DNA from: Mobula birostris
Taxonomy: Eukaryota
NCBI RefSeq assembly: GCF_030028105.1
Contig: NC_092370.1
Coordinates: 213,820,005-213,884,004 of the forward strand
Direction: 5' to 3'
Length of the DNA stretch: 64,000 nucleotides
The notes under the pieces are model-generated. The model was not told the origin of the DNA and searched no databases. It was given only the letters and a program-made list of their open reading frames with translations. How positions within the stretch are numbered: the first letter of the stretch is position 1; the number at the start of each line of letters is the position of its first letter. Positions 1-11,036 of the stretch are shown in pieces. The translations under genes were made by a program, and so were the position numbers.

Positions 1-1058
1 TTAACCACAGAGTCAACCTGCACAGCTGCTTTGAGCGTCCTATGGACTTGGACCCCAGGATCCCTCTGATCCTCCAAAAGTCTTGCCATTAATACTATAT
101 TCTGCCATCATATTTGACCTACCAAAATGAACCACTTCACACTTATCTGGGTTGAACTCCATCTGCCACTTCTCAGCCCAGTTTTGCATCCTATCAATGT
201 CCCACTGTAACCTCTGACAGCCCTCCACACTATCCACAACACCCCCAACCTTTGTGTCATCAGCAAACTTACTAACCCATCCCTCCACTTCCTCAGCCAG
301 GTCATTTCTCAAAATTATGAAGAGTATGGGTCCCAGAACAGATCCCTGAGGCACACCACTGGTCACCGACTTCCATGCAGAAAGTGACTCGTCTACAACC
401 ACTCTTTCCCTTCTGTGGGCGAGCCAGTTCTGAATCCACAAAGCAATGTCCCCTTGGATCCCATGCCTCCTTACTTTCTCAATAAGCCTTGCATGGGGTA
501 CCTTATCAAATGCCTTAATGAAATCCACATACACTGCATCTACTGCTCTACTTTCATCAACATGTTCAGTTACATCCTCGAAAAAATTCAATCAGCCTCG
601 TAAGCCACGGCCTGCCCTTGACAAAGCCATGCTGACTATTTCTTATCATGTTGTACCTCTTCAAATGTTCATAAGTCCTGCCTCTCAGGATCTTCTCCAT
701 CAACTTACCAACCACTGAAGTAAGACTCACTGGTCTATAATTCCCTAGGGATATCTCTACTCCCTTTCTTGAATAAAGGAACAACATCCACAACCCTCCA
801 ATCCTCTGGAACCTCTCCTGTCCCCATTGATGATGCAAAGATAGTCACCAGAGGCTCAGCAATCTCCTCCCTCACCTCTCACAGTAGCCTGGGGTACACC
901 TCATCCGGTCCCAGCAACTTATCCAACTTGATGCTTTCCAAAAGCTCCAGCACATTCTTTTTCTTAATATCTACATGATCAAGCTTTTTAGTCTTCTGCA
1001 AGTCATCACTACAATCACCAAGATCCTTCTCCATCGTGAATACTGAAGTAAAGTATTT
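1..1058 (-). mobile_element. CR1-clade LINE, decayed reverse transcriptase fragment
   Basis: ORFs 566-838 and 40-591 read NYRPVSLTSVVGKLME, DAVYVDFIKAFDKVPH, SGVPQGSVLGP and KFADDTKVGG, typical CR1 RT motifs; frameshifted. Confidence 0.92.
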
Positions 1059-1059
1059 A

Positions 1060-2256
1060 CCTACTGATGTTTATTATAAACCTATGGCTCTTACAGCTAC
1101 CTGGACTATACTTTCTCCCACCCTATTACTTGTAAAAACGCCATCCCCTTCTCTCAATTTCTCTGCCTCCACTGCATCTGCTCTCAGAAGGAGGCTTTTC
1201 ATCCCAGAATGAAGAAGATGTCCTCCTTCATCAAAGAAAGGGGCTTCCCTCCCTCCACTATCAACCCTGCCCTCAACCCTATCGCTTTCATCTCACGCCC
1301 TGCTCTCACCCCATCCTCTCGCCACCCTACTAGGAGTAGGGTTCCTCTTGTCCTCACCTACCACCCTACCAACCTCCGTGTCCAGCACATAATTTCTGCA
1401 ACTTCCCCCATCACTAACATGATCCCACTACCAAGCACATTTTTCCCTCCCCCCACCATTTTCTGCTTTCCATAGTGATCACTCCCCCACACAGCTCTTT
1501 TGTCCATTCGTCCCTCCTCACTGATCTTCCTCTTGGAACTTATCCTATGCCTGCCCGTACACCTCCTTCCTCACTACCATTCAGGGCCCCAAACAGTCCT
1601 TCCAGGTGAGGTGACACTTCACCTGTGAGTCTGTAGGGGTCATATATTGTGTCTGGTGCTCCCGGTGTGGCCTCCTGTATATCAGTGAATCCTGATGTAG
1701 GTTGGGAGACCACTTCGCCAAGCACCCAGTGGCCACCATTTTATTTCCACTTCCCATTTTGATATGTCTATCCATGACCTCCTCTACTGTCGTGATGATG
1801 CCACACACAGGGTGGAAGAACAATAACTTATATTTCATTTCGATAACCTCCAACCTGATAGCATGAACCTCAATTCCTCGTACTCCTCCCCCCCACCACC
1901 TTTCACCATTCCCCATTCCCTTTTTCCTCTCACCTTATCTTCTTGCCTGTCCATTGCCTCCCTCTGGTGCTCCTCCCCTTTTTCTTTCTTCCATGGCCTC
2001 TCCCATCAGATTCCCCCTTCTCCAGCCCTGTATCGCTTTCACCAATCAACTTCCCAGCTTTTTACTTCAACCCTCCCCCTCCCTGTTTCAACTATCACCT
2101 TGTGTTTCTCCCTCCCCTCCCTTCCCCCCATCTTTTAACTCTTCTCATCTTTTTTTCGCCAGTCCTGCTGAAGGGTCAGGGCCCAAAACATCGACTGTAC
2201 TCTTTTCTCATAGATACTGCCTGTCCTATTGAGTTTTTCCAGTATTTTGTGTGCAT
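1060..2256 (+). mobile_element. Penelope-like element (PLE), 5'-truncated: RT C-terminus, GIY-YIG endonuclease and terminal module
   Basis: YYKP...YLDY..SHP..CKNAIPFSQF and MSSFIKERGFP; FTCESVGVIYCV.CSRCGLLYI (GIY-YIG-like); pyrimidine-rich 3' region; decayed hammerhead at 2161-2197. Confidence 0.88.
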
Positions 2257-2261
2257 TCCAT

Positions 2262-2436
2262 GGTCAAAGTCACTTAGACCACATCTTTCCCAAATTCTGA
2301 TGTCTGGTTTGAATAAGAAATGAAGCTCTGGACCATGTCTGCATGCTTTTATGCATTGAGTACTGCCACATGATTGACTGATTAGATATTTGCATTAATG
2401 AGGTGTACAGATGTACCTGATAGTGGACACTGAGTG
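2262..2436. mobile_element. Tc1/mariner DNA transposon terminal fragment
   Basis: Ends ...GATGTACCTGATAGTGGACACTGAGTG followed by TA (2437-2438). Resembles the vertebrate Tc1 TIR CACTCACCGGCCACTTTATTAGGTACAC, recognised from memory. Confidence 0.65.
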
Positions 2437-2927
2437 TATAATCATTCAATTAAATGAAGCTGTGGTTTCTTTGCTTTGATAGGCAGGGCTGTGGAATTAG
2501 AACACCCTTATCCACATCAGAATTTAAAGCAATAGCTGCCAAACAGAGTTTATAATGTGAGGTCAAATGATAAATAGCTAACCCTTTCAACAGAATCAGG
2601 AAGTTAAAGCTTATTAATTTTCAGCAGAGAAAACAATCTCCGTATCCATGGACACCAAGTGATATGTTGGCTATTTCCAGTATTTTTAACATGTAGATTC
2701 AGATTCAGATTTACTTAGCACAGACTTGACGGGTCGAAGAGCCTGTTTTTGTGCTGTACTTTTCCTTGACTCCGTACGTAAAAACAGTGAAGTACGTCAT
2801 TTCTGTTAACAACTGACACACCTAAGGATGTGCTCGCAGCAGTCCCCAGTGTCACCACTCACTCTAGCCCCAATGTAGCATGCCCACAATGCTCGGCAGA
2901 ACAACACAGACCACAATAACAACAAAA

Positions 2928-4030
2928 CCATAAGATATCGGAGCAGAATTGGGCCATTTGACCCATAAAGAGTGCTCTGCCATTCCATCATGGCTGATTT
3001 ATTATCCTTCTCAACCCTATTCTCCTGCCTTCTCCCATATTCTTTAATGCCCTGACTAATCAAAAACCTATCAACCTCTGCTTTAAAGACACTCAATAAC
3101 TTGGCCTCAACTGTTGTCCGTGGCAATAAGTTCCACAGATCCACCAACCCCTGGCTAAAGGAATTTCTCCAAATTTCTGTGCTAAATGGATATCCCTCTC
3201 TGATGAGACCCTAGACTATAGGCAACATCGTCTCCAAATCCACTCTACCTAGGCCTTTCACTATTCAATAGATCCCCCCTCCCAATTCTTCTAAACTCCT
3301 GCAAGTGTAGGCCCAGAGCCACAAATGCTCCTCATATGCTAACACTTTCATTCCCAGAATCATTCTCATGAACCTCCTTTGGACCCCGTACAATGCCATA
3401 CATCTTTTCTTAAATAAGGGGTCCAAAACTGCTCACAATACTCCAAGTGCGCTCTGACCAATGCTTTATAAAGCGTCACCATCACATCCTTGATGTATTC
3501 TATTCCTCTCAAAATGAATGCTAACATTACATTTGCCTTCCTACCATCGACTCAAGCTGCAAGTTAACCATTAAGGAATCCTACGTGAGGACTCCCAGGT
3601 CCCTTTGCACCTCTGACTTTTAAAATTTTCTGCTGATTTAGAATTTAGCCTTTGCCTTTATACTTTCTGTCGAACTGCATTACCATACACTTTCCTGTAC
3701 CATATTCCATCTGCCATTTCTTTACCCATTCTCCCAAGATGTCTAAGTTCTTCTGCAGACTCCCTGCTTCCTCAACACTACCTACCTCTCCACCTATTTT
3801 TGTATCATCCACAAATTTGGCCACAAAGCCATAAATTCTGTTGTCCAAACATTAACATATACTGTAAAAAGGAGTGTCCCCAATACTGACTCCTGCAGAA
3901 CAGCCCCACTTTATTCCCACCCTTTGTCTCCTGCCTGTCAGCCAATCTTCTATCAATGCACATATTTTTCCTATAATACCATGTGCTCTGATCTCGTAAA
4001 GCAATTTCATGTGCAGCGTCTTGTCAAAAC
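2928..4030 (-). mobile_element. CR1-clade LINE 3' portion (decayed)
   Basis: ORFs KFVDDTKIGGEVGS, IEDWLTGRRQRVGI and VDLWNLLP...FKAEVDRFL; CR1 3' UTR ends near 2928. Confidence 0.88.
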
Positions 4031-4790
4031 AATAGCATCCCATCCATATCACTGGACTTTGAATGTGGAGCACAGAGCAAAGGCCTGCCCTTTAACTCCT
4101 CCACATCCCTATTCCTAAATCCTAATCTGACCTCTACTCCACCTCCCACATCCCTGTCCCAATACCCTAACCTGACCCCACTTTATCATCCCCAGAACAA
4201 CCCTACATACTTAGAAAGGAACTAAGCCTGTGCCACCACCTTGATTGAGACTGCAGCTTGGTGCCACCTCGGCTAATAATTTAAAATTGCAACCTTCTGC
4301 TGGATTGTTCTTTTGTTTTAGGCCTCTATCTCTGCTGCTTGAGGAAATCCCTGCTTTACTAAATAGCTAACAAAGTAGTGCAAGCAGAATATTTTGAGGA
4401 ATTTCTTTGCAGGAAACTTCAGAACCGTAAGTATCTCCATTGAACTAAATACTCTTTCCAATATATTACTAAATTGTTTGAGAGTTCATTATAGTGATAA
4501 TGCTGAAATAATGGACATTCATCATCATTATACAGTGAACTGTTGGCAGATTTGGAATTTACATACATGTGTAGTTAAAATATATTATTTTTCAACCCAG
4601 GAACAGAAATGTTTTCAAAATTTGTGCATTTGAGGCTGGGAAGAAAAAACTGGTTGTTTATAACCGCTTCCAGTTAACTTCTAGACAACTTTGGTTGTCA
4701 ATGAAGATGAAGCTTAAAGTCAACCAAACCATTCCCCACTGTTGTTCACAGACAGGTTAGCCGCCATTCCACCTTGTAGTAAGAACAAAG

Positions 4791-5055
4791 GTCAAGAAAG
4801 CGGTCTCTGCAAGCGTTGTGGAACGTGTAGAGCACGACTAGACACAGAAGTCCTGGTCATCCACTGCGCCTAGTCCCATCTCCAGTTGTCTCGACTCTTG
4901 TCTTGCCACTGGATCCAGATGGGAATTGGGAAGAGAGAGAGAGAGGCAGATGCTGCACAACTCTCCCTCACTTCAATCCAAATCATGCGCTAGTCTCAAC
5001 ACCATCATCATCATAACGGTGTCGAGGTCTTCATCGATGACGACGATGGATGAAC
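4791..5055 (+). mobile_element. RTE-clade 3'-end fragment or RTE-type SINE with 10-bp TSD
   Basis: Flanked by AAGAACAAAG (4781-4790) and AAGAATAAAG (5056-5065). Internal CTCCCTCACTTCAATCCAAATCA and the terminal GGTCTTCATCGATGACGACGATGGATGAAC resemble RTE-family 3' ends (from memory). Confidence 0.55.
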
Positions 5056-6304
5056 AAGAATAAAGCCAGAAGGCCCAGCTGTTCACTCGAATGTGTTATA
5101 AGCTAAGAGTTAGTGTTGATTCAGGTAACCCAGGTGCTAGTTTAGCTGAGGGTTAAAATCAACCCAGATGGTCCACTTCAGTATGGTACCATATGATTTC
5201 ACATAATGTAATGATCCGATTGGTTCCTGTCCCTACAATTTCCTCCTTCTTGCATACTTCATTGCCTAGATTGGTGCAAAAAGGTACTTCACATTCTGCT
5301 AATGCAATACGATTAAGGATATGCTGACAGTCTTTTAAAAGAAATGAAATAGTTAAATGTTAAACTTCATATACAGGCAATTCACATACAGAAAATTCAC
5401 AAACAGCATCACTATATGATGAAATGTTTTAAGAATTAAAGGGCATATTGTAAATGTGTTCTTCTATTGAAACATTAATAACTTGGATTTGCAGTTTGAC
5501 CATATTGGTGTAAAAACAAGATGTATGCAAATAGTAAGATAAAGCACATGCCAAAGATACAAATAGCTTAATGTTAGACTTCATTGCATTCTGTTTGGCA
5601 TCTTTGGCTGAAAGTTCTATTTATCTAAAATAACTTTGATATTCAATTCATCAGATATAAGGCGAGATTTCCTCAGGGAAATCAATGCACAAAATGACAT
5701 TATTAATACAAGTTTTCATTTGGTTGCCACTCTAACCCAATATATTTTACATTCAGCATCTCCAACAAGGTCAAATTTAAGTTTTAGTTCTGTTCTACTT
5801 CTTAAAGAAACTTATGTCTGTATTTGTCTTCCAAAACTGCTAATTAATATTCTAATTCATAACAGAAATATCTGATTTTGATTATATTTCTTACTTTCTC
5901 AGGAGCACAATTACGATCTATGGTAGTTGAAACAATTGAACAGCAAGCGATGATTACTGGATTGCTGCTATGCAATTATTTCATTAGCATTATTGTTGAT
6001 CCGTATAAATATATATCATGGGGAAAATAATTTTAATTGTTAATTTAATTATTTTAGTTCACATCTTGATTGTTGCCTTTGGTTCCTAATATCTGATTGA
6101 ATTTAATTTTCTGTTACTCAGCGATGCCGGATGAATATCACAGTGCAGTTGAAAAACTTGATTTAGCAATTTCTGTCAGATAAGTTACACACTACAGTGA
6201 GAATGTCTTCAATCAAAGTGCTTTCCCTCATCACTGGATTACAATACATTTATAATGTGTTATCTATTTCAACTTTACTATCAAACTCAATGTTTCATAA
6301 GTTT

Positions 6305-6578
6305 AAGGAGAAAAATTAGATAGAAACCTGAGGGGCAATTTTTTTCACACTGAGAGTGGTATATATATGGACTGAGCTACCAGAGGAAGTTTTTGAGGCA
6401 GGTACAATAACAACTTTTAAAAGACAATTGAACAGGTACGTGGATCGGAAAGGTTTGGAGGGATATGGATCAAATGTGGGTAAATGGGATTGGTTTAGGT
6501 GGGTATCTTGCTCAGCATGGACAAACTGGTCCAAATGGTCCTGTTTCCTTGCATTATGACTCTGTGCCTCTGTGACTA
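6305..6578 (+). mobile_element. CR1 3' end
   Basis: GNFF..RVVYIWTELPEEVFEAGTITTFKRQLNRY followed by a TGACTCTG-type tail. Confidence 0.8.
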
Positions 6579-6615
6579 TTTTGTAATTCGCTATTATTAG
6601 ATGAATGCTTGATTA

Positions 6616-7290
6616 GAGGAGAAGATGGCAGGCGGGAGGAGAAGATGGTGACACGACGCAGCTTGCAGCAGCCACTCCGGTAAATCATATCTGTTATCTG
6701 TCAAGTAGGGTGCCGTGCACAATCCTGATTTGATGGAGACAGACGTGAGGGCACAGAGGAACATCTGTGAAACTTCTGAAATGCCTGCTTCGCTGCCACT
6801 GCTACTGTGTGATCCAGAATCTCCGGAGGGGAAGGCCCCGAGTCCTCGGCTTTGTTTGTTGCTCAGCGGCCGGGGTGGGGTTGAAGCGCTCGGCAGAGAT
6901 GGTGCTCGGTGTCGGAGGCTCGAAGTTTTCGGACGGCCTCAGAGTCGGCTGCGGTCGGGTGCTTCCAATGCATCAGCAAGTTTGCGGCGCTTGGAGTTCA
7001 TTGCAGGGAGAGTTTCTCCCTTCTACCGCCTGCGTGAGATGATGGGGCTATCGGGACTTGAGACTTTTTTTCTTACCGTGCCCATGGTCTGCTCTTTATC
7101 AAATTTCAGTATTGCTTTGCACTGTTGTAACTATATGTTATAACTATGTGGTTTTGTCAGTTTTAGTCTTGGTTTGTCCTGTGTTTCTGTGATATCTTTC
7201 TGGAGGAACATTGTATCATCTTTTAATGCATGCATTTCTAAATGACAATAAACGAGGACTGAGTGTCCTTGTAATCTAATCTAAAATCTA
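6616..7290 (+). mobile_element. Non-autonomous LINE-derived element (about 650 bp), copy 1
   Basis: Colinear with 18661-19288. 5' GGAGAAGATGGC; 3' AATGACAATAAA, hairpin GAGGAC-TGAGT-GTCCTT (7254-7270) and (AATCT)n tail. Confidence 0.75.
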
Positions 7291-7540
7291 GATTGTTAAT
7301 ATTCTCATATTATAATAAATGACAGTAGGTGCTTTTCACAGATATTTCAAAATCTATGTAAATGCCATTCTAGGCATTGCACAAAACTGAACCACTCTTG
7401 TATTCCCCTGCTTACAACTGAGCTTCTCATACCAACATTGACATTCCTTTCCAGAAGATTTACATTGTCGCTACATGAAACTTCCTCATTCCAAGTAGTG
7501 ATTGCATCTATTTTATATTGAGAAAGCCAAATAGAAATTT

Positions 7541-8530
7541 GAAGTTCAAAGTTTCAAGTAAATGTATTATCAAAGTACATGTATGTCACCATATACAACC
7601 CTGAGATTCATTTTCCTGCGGGCACGCTCAATAAATCCATAGTAGGCAGCCGTTGATGCCAGGGGATCATGGGTTTGCGCCTCTGGTGGACTGTGCCCTC
7701 TCCTGGGTGAAAGCTTGTGCGGGAAGATTTGAAGAACCGGCTGTTTCCCATGCAGCGGGATCCCCCTCTCCACGTCACTGAGGTAGTCCAAGGGAAGGGC
7801 AAGCAGTTTCGTCGCAGAGGTTGCCAGATTGAAGTTGTAAACAATATCAAACAGTAAACAGCATAGAGTCCCTGGCTCCAGATTTCTTCCTCAGGGTTTT
7901 CTCCTGAAGCCTTTCTCATGGGTGGGTATGGCCGCAAGGAAGCTGAAGTTTAAAATCATAGTTCTCCTTCTCCTAGACGGGTTGCAGTCTAAGGCCGATG
8001 GACCCCATCTGCCCAAAACAACTGGTTTTGAGGTGCCAGTGGTCCACCTTTGCCCTTCTCTCGTTAGTAGAAACAGTTCCGCCAGGCCTAGTAATTAAGC
8101 CATAGTGTGAAGGCCAAGAGTTGGACTCGGTTCTCAGAGGCTGTTAGAGACACACGCTATTTGGAGCACTTTATATGTACCGGGAGCTTATCCCCACTAC
8201 CACCCCTGGCTATGACAGCCTAAGGAACCAATAATTCCATAATAGAATAATAACCATAACAGAATCAATGAAAGAATTTGGTGTTCAACCAGTGTGCAAA
8301 AGACAACAAACTATATGATTACAAAAAGAAAGAAATAATAATAATAATAAATAAATAAGCAACAAATATTGAGAACATGAAATGAAGAGTCTTGGAAGTG
8401 AGTCTATTGATTGTGGGAACATTTTAGTGAAGGGGCAAGTGAAGTTATCCTCTTTGGTTCAAGGGCCTGATAGTGGAGTAGTAATAACTGTTCCTGGACC
8501 TGGTGGGGTGAACCCTGAGGCTCCGGCACC
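7541..8530 (-). mobile_element. Rex1/Babar-type LINE 3' end, interrupted by 7646-8228
   Basis: Same 3' UTR and (CTTTGAA)n-like tail as 14132-14550, 20660-22550, 23240-23910, 44210-44467 and 61833-62954. Confidence 0.75.
7646..8228 (-). mobile_element. RTE-related non-autonomous element (583 bp) with 17-bp TSD
   Basis: TSD CAATAAATCCATAGTAG (7629-7645) / CAATAATTCCATAATAG (8229-8245). Minus strand contains GCAACCCGTCTAGGAGAAGGAGAACT, resembling a conserved RTE 5'-UTR motif. Confidence 0.65.
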
Positions 8531-8885
8531 CACTTGGAATAGTGATAATCCTATTCTGATTGCCAATGTGTTCTTGAACTCCATCCAACCCATTTACAAT
8601 ATCAGCTCTTTACCTTTAATATCACACTGAGGCTCATCACATACTCAGAAAACTTCGGATTACTTTCCAAGTCTGAGCTGCTTGACTGTCATGAGTTGAT
8701 TTTTGAAAACCACAGTTTTACAATTTCTCCGTCTCCGCCGCATCTGCTCTCAGGATGAGGCTTTTCATTCCAGGACGAAGGAGGTGTCTACATGAGGAAA
8801 TCTGCAGATGCTGGAATTTCAAGCAACACACATAAAAATTGCTGGTGAACGCAGCAGGCCAGGAAGCATCTATAGGAAGAGGTAT

Positions 8886-8921
8886 AGTTGACGTTTCGGG
8901 CCGAGACCCTTTGTCAGGACT
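8886..8921 (-). ncRNA. Hammerhead ribozyme motif, core-mutated (CUGACAA)
   Basis: Minus strand AGTCCTGACAAAGGGTCTCGGCCCGAAACGTCAACT. Confidence 0.7.
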
Positions 8922-10521
8922 AACAGAAGGAAGAGATAGTAAGTGATTTGATAGTGGGAGGGGGAGGCAGAGATCCGAAATGATGGGAGAAGACTGGAGG
9001 GGGAAGGGATGGAGCTAAGAGCTGGAAAGTTGATTGGCAAAAGGGATACGAGAGGATCATGGGATGGGAGGCCTAGGGAGAAAGAAAGGGGAGGGGGGAA
9101 GTGCAGAGGATGGGCAAGGAGTATAGTGAGAGGGACAGAGGGAGAAAAAGAAGAGATAGAAAAAATATATATATTATAATAAATAAATAAATAATGGATG
9201 GGGTACGAAGGGGAGGTGGGGCATTAACGGAAGTTAGAGAAGTCAATGTTCATGCCATCAGGTTGGAGGCTACCCAGATGGAATATGAGGTGTTGTTCCT
9301 CCAACCTGAATGTGGCTTCATCTTGACAGTAAAAGAGACCGTGGATAGACAAATCAGAATGGGAATAGGACGTGGAATTAAAATGTGTGGCCACTGGGAG
9401 ATCCTGCTTTCTCTGGCGGACAGAGCGTGGGTGTTCAGCAAAATGGTCTCCCAGCCTGCGTCGGGTCTCGCCAATATATAGAAGGCTGCATCGGGAGCAC
9501 CGGACGCAGTATATCACCCCAGCCAACTCACAGGTGAAGTGTTGCCTCACCTGGAAGGATTGTCTGGGGCCCTGAATGGTGGTGAGGGAGGAAGTGTAAG
9601 GGTATGTGTAGCACTTGTTCCGCTTACAAGAATAAGTGCCAGGAGGGAGATCAGTGGGGAGGGATGGGAAGGAGATTCCCTTCCTCCACCATCAACTCTG
9701 CTTTCAAATGCATCTCCCCCATTTCATGCACATCTGCTCTCACCCCATCCTCCTGCCACCCCACTAGGGATAGGGTTCCCCTTGTCCTCACCTACCACCC
9801 CACCAGCCTTTGGGTCCAATGTATGATTCTCCGTAACTTCAGCCACCTCCAACTGGATCCCACCACCAAGCACATCTTTCCCTCCCCCCCCCCCTTCTGC
9901 TTTCCGCAGGGATCGCTCCCTACATGACTCCCTTGTCCATTTGTCCCCCCCATCCCTTCCCACTGATCTCCCTCCCGGCACTTATCCTTGTAAGCGGAAC
10001 AAGTGCTACACATGCCTTTACACTTCCTCCCCCACCACCATTCAGGGCCCCAGACAGTCCTTCCAGGTGAGGCGACACTTCACCTGTGAGTCGACTGTGT
10101 CCGGTGCTCCCAGTGTGGCCTTCTATATATTGGCTAGGTGCAACGCAGACTGGGAGACCGTTTTGCTGAACACTTCCAACCTGATGGCATGAACATTGAC
10201 TTCTCTAATTTCCGTTAATGCGCCTCCTCCCCTTCTTACCCCATCCCTTATTTATTATTTTTTATTTTTTTCCCCTTTCTTTCTCTCTTTTATCTCCTTC
10301 TGTCCATCTCACTATATCTTCCTCTAATGCTCCCCTTCCCCTTTTTTTCTCCCTGGGCCTCCCATCCCATGATCCTCTCCTCTTCTCCAGCCTGGTATCC
10401 CTTTTGCCAATCAACTTTCCAGCTCTTTGCTCCATCCTTCCTCCTCCTGTCTTCTTCTATCATTTCAGATCTCCCCCTCCTCCTCCCACTTTCAAATCTC
10501 TTACTCACTCTTCTTTCAGTT

Positions 10522-10557
10522 AGTCCTGACGAAGGGACTCGGCCCGAAACGTCGACT
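10522..10557 (+). ncRNA. Minimal type I hammerhead ribozyme, intact core
   Basis: AGTC / CTGACGA / AGGGACTCGGCCC / GAAA / CGTC / GACT; predicted cleavage after C10553. Confidence 0.8.
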
Positions 10558-10819
10558 GTACCACTTCCTACAGATGCTGCCTGGCCTGCTGTGTTCCACC
10601 AGCATTTTGTGTGTGTTGCTTGAATTTCCAGCATCTGCAGATTTCCTCGTGTTTACAGTTTTGTTGGCATCACTTTCCATAGAGTAGCAACTTGGAAAAT
10701 TACTGCAGGTATTCCTTTCTGTAAAGTCCTCCATGAGCTCTGGTGGTGGAAATTGACTCTGAAATGTGTAGACCTGGTAAGGATGTTATGATATGAATGA
10801 GCCTCAGGGGCAGATACAC

Positions 10820-11036
10820 TAGAAGAGATGCAGACAAATTTTCAGATGCAACAGACAAAATGCTGGTGGAGCTGAACAGGTTGGCCAGGATCTATGGAAG
10901 GAAATGGACAGTTGATGTATGGGTTGTGTCCTTTCATCTGTCCATTTCCCTCCATAGTGGCTGCCTGGGCTGTTGAGCTCCTGCAACATTTTGAGTCTTG
11001 CTCCATATTCCAGCATTTACTGTCTCCTGTGTCTCC
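10820..11036. repeat. Palindromic mini-element formed by two inverted PLE terminal modules
   Basis: Left arm CAAAATGCTGGTGGAGCTGAACAGG...CTATGGAAGGAAATGGACAG is the approximate reverse complement of right arm CTGTCCATTTCCCTCCATAG...GAGCTCCTGCAACATTTTG. Confidence 0.7.

Larger units (their letters stand above)
8720..10654 (+). mobile_element. PLE composite: plus-strand copy containing an inverted 3' copy (8791-9670)
   Basis: QFLRLRRICSQDEAFHSRTKE at 8721-8788. Minus ORF 9224-9550 is an intact GIY-YIG segment (GVIYCVRCSRCSLLYIGETRRRLGDHFAEH). Plus copy resumes near 9671. Flanking ACAGTTTT at 8712-8719 and 10655-10662. Confidence 0.88.

Noticed and set aside
6715-7143. 142-aa ORF in the YY1-headed element as a real protein
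   Set aside because: The frame is not maintained in the second copy (only 69 aa at 18939-19148) and I recognise no domain.
8058-8130. HDV-like ribozyme in the RTE-like leader (minus strand CTCTT-GGCC-TTCACAC-TATGGC...ACTAAC-GAGAG)
   Set aside because: P2, P3 and J4/2 look-alikes are present, but I could not find a P1 pairing or P1.1, and an alternative simple hairpin fits as well.
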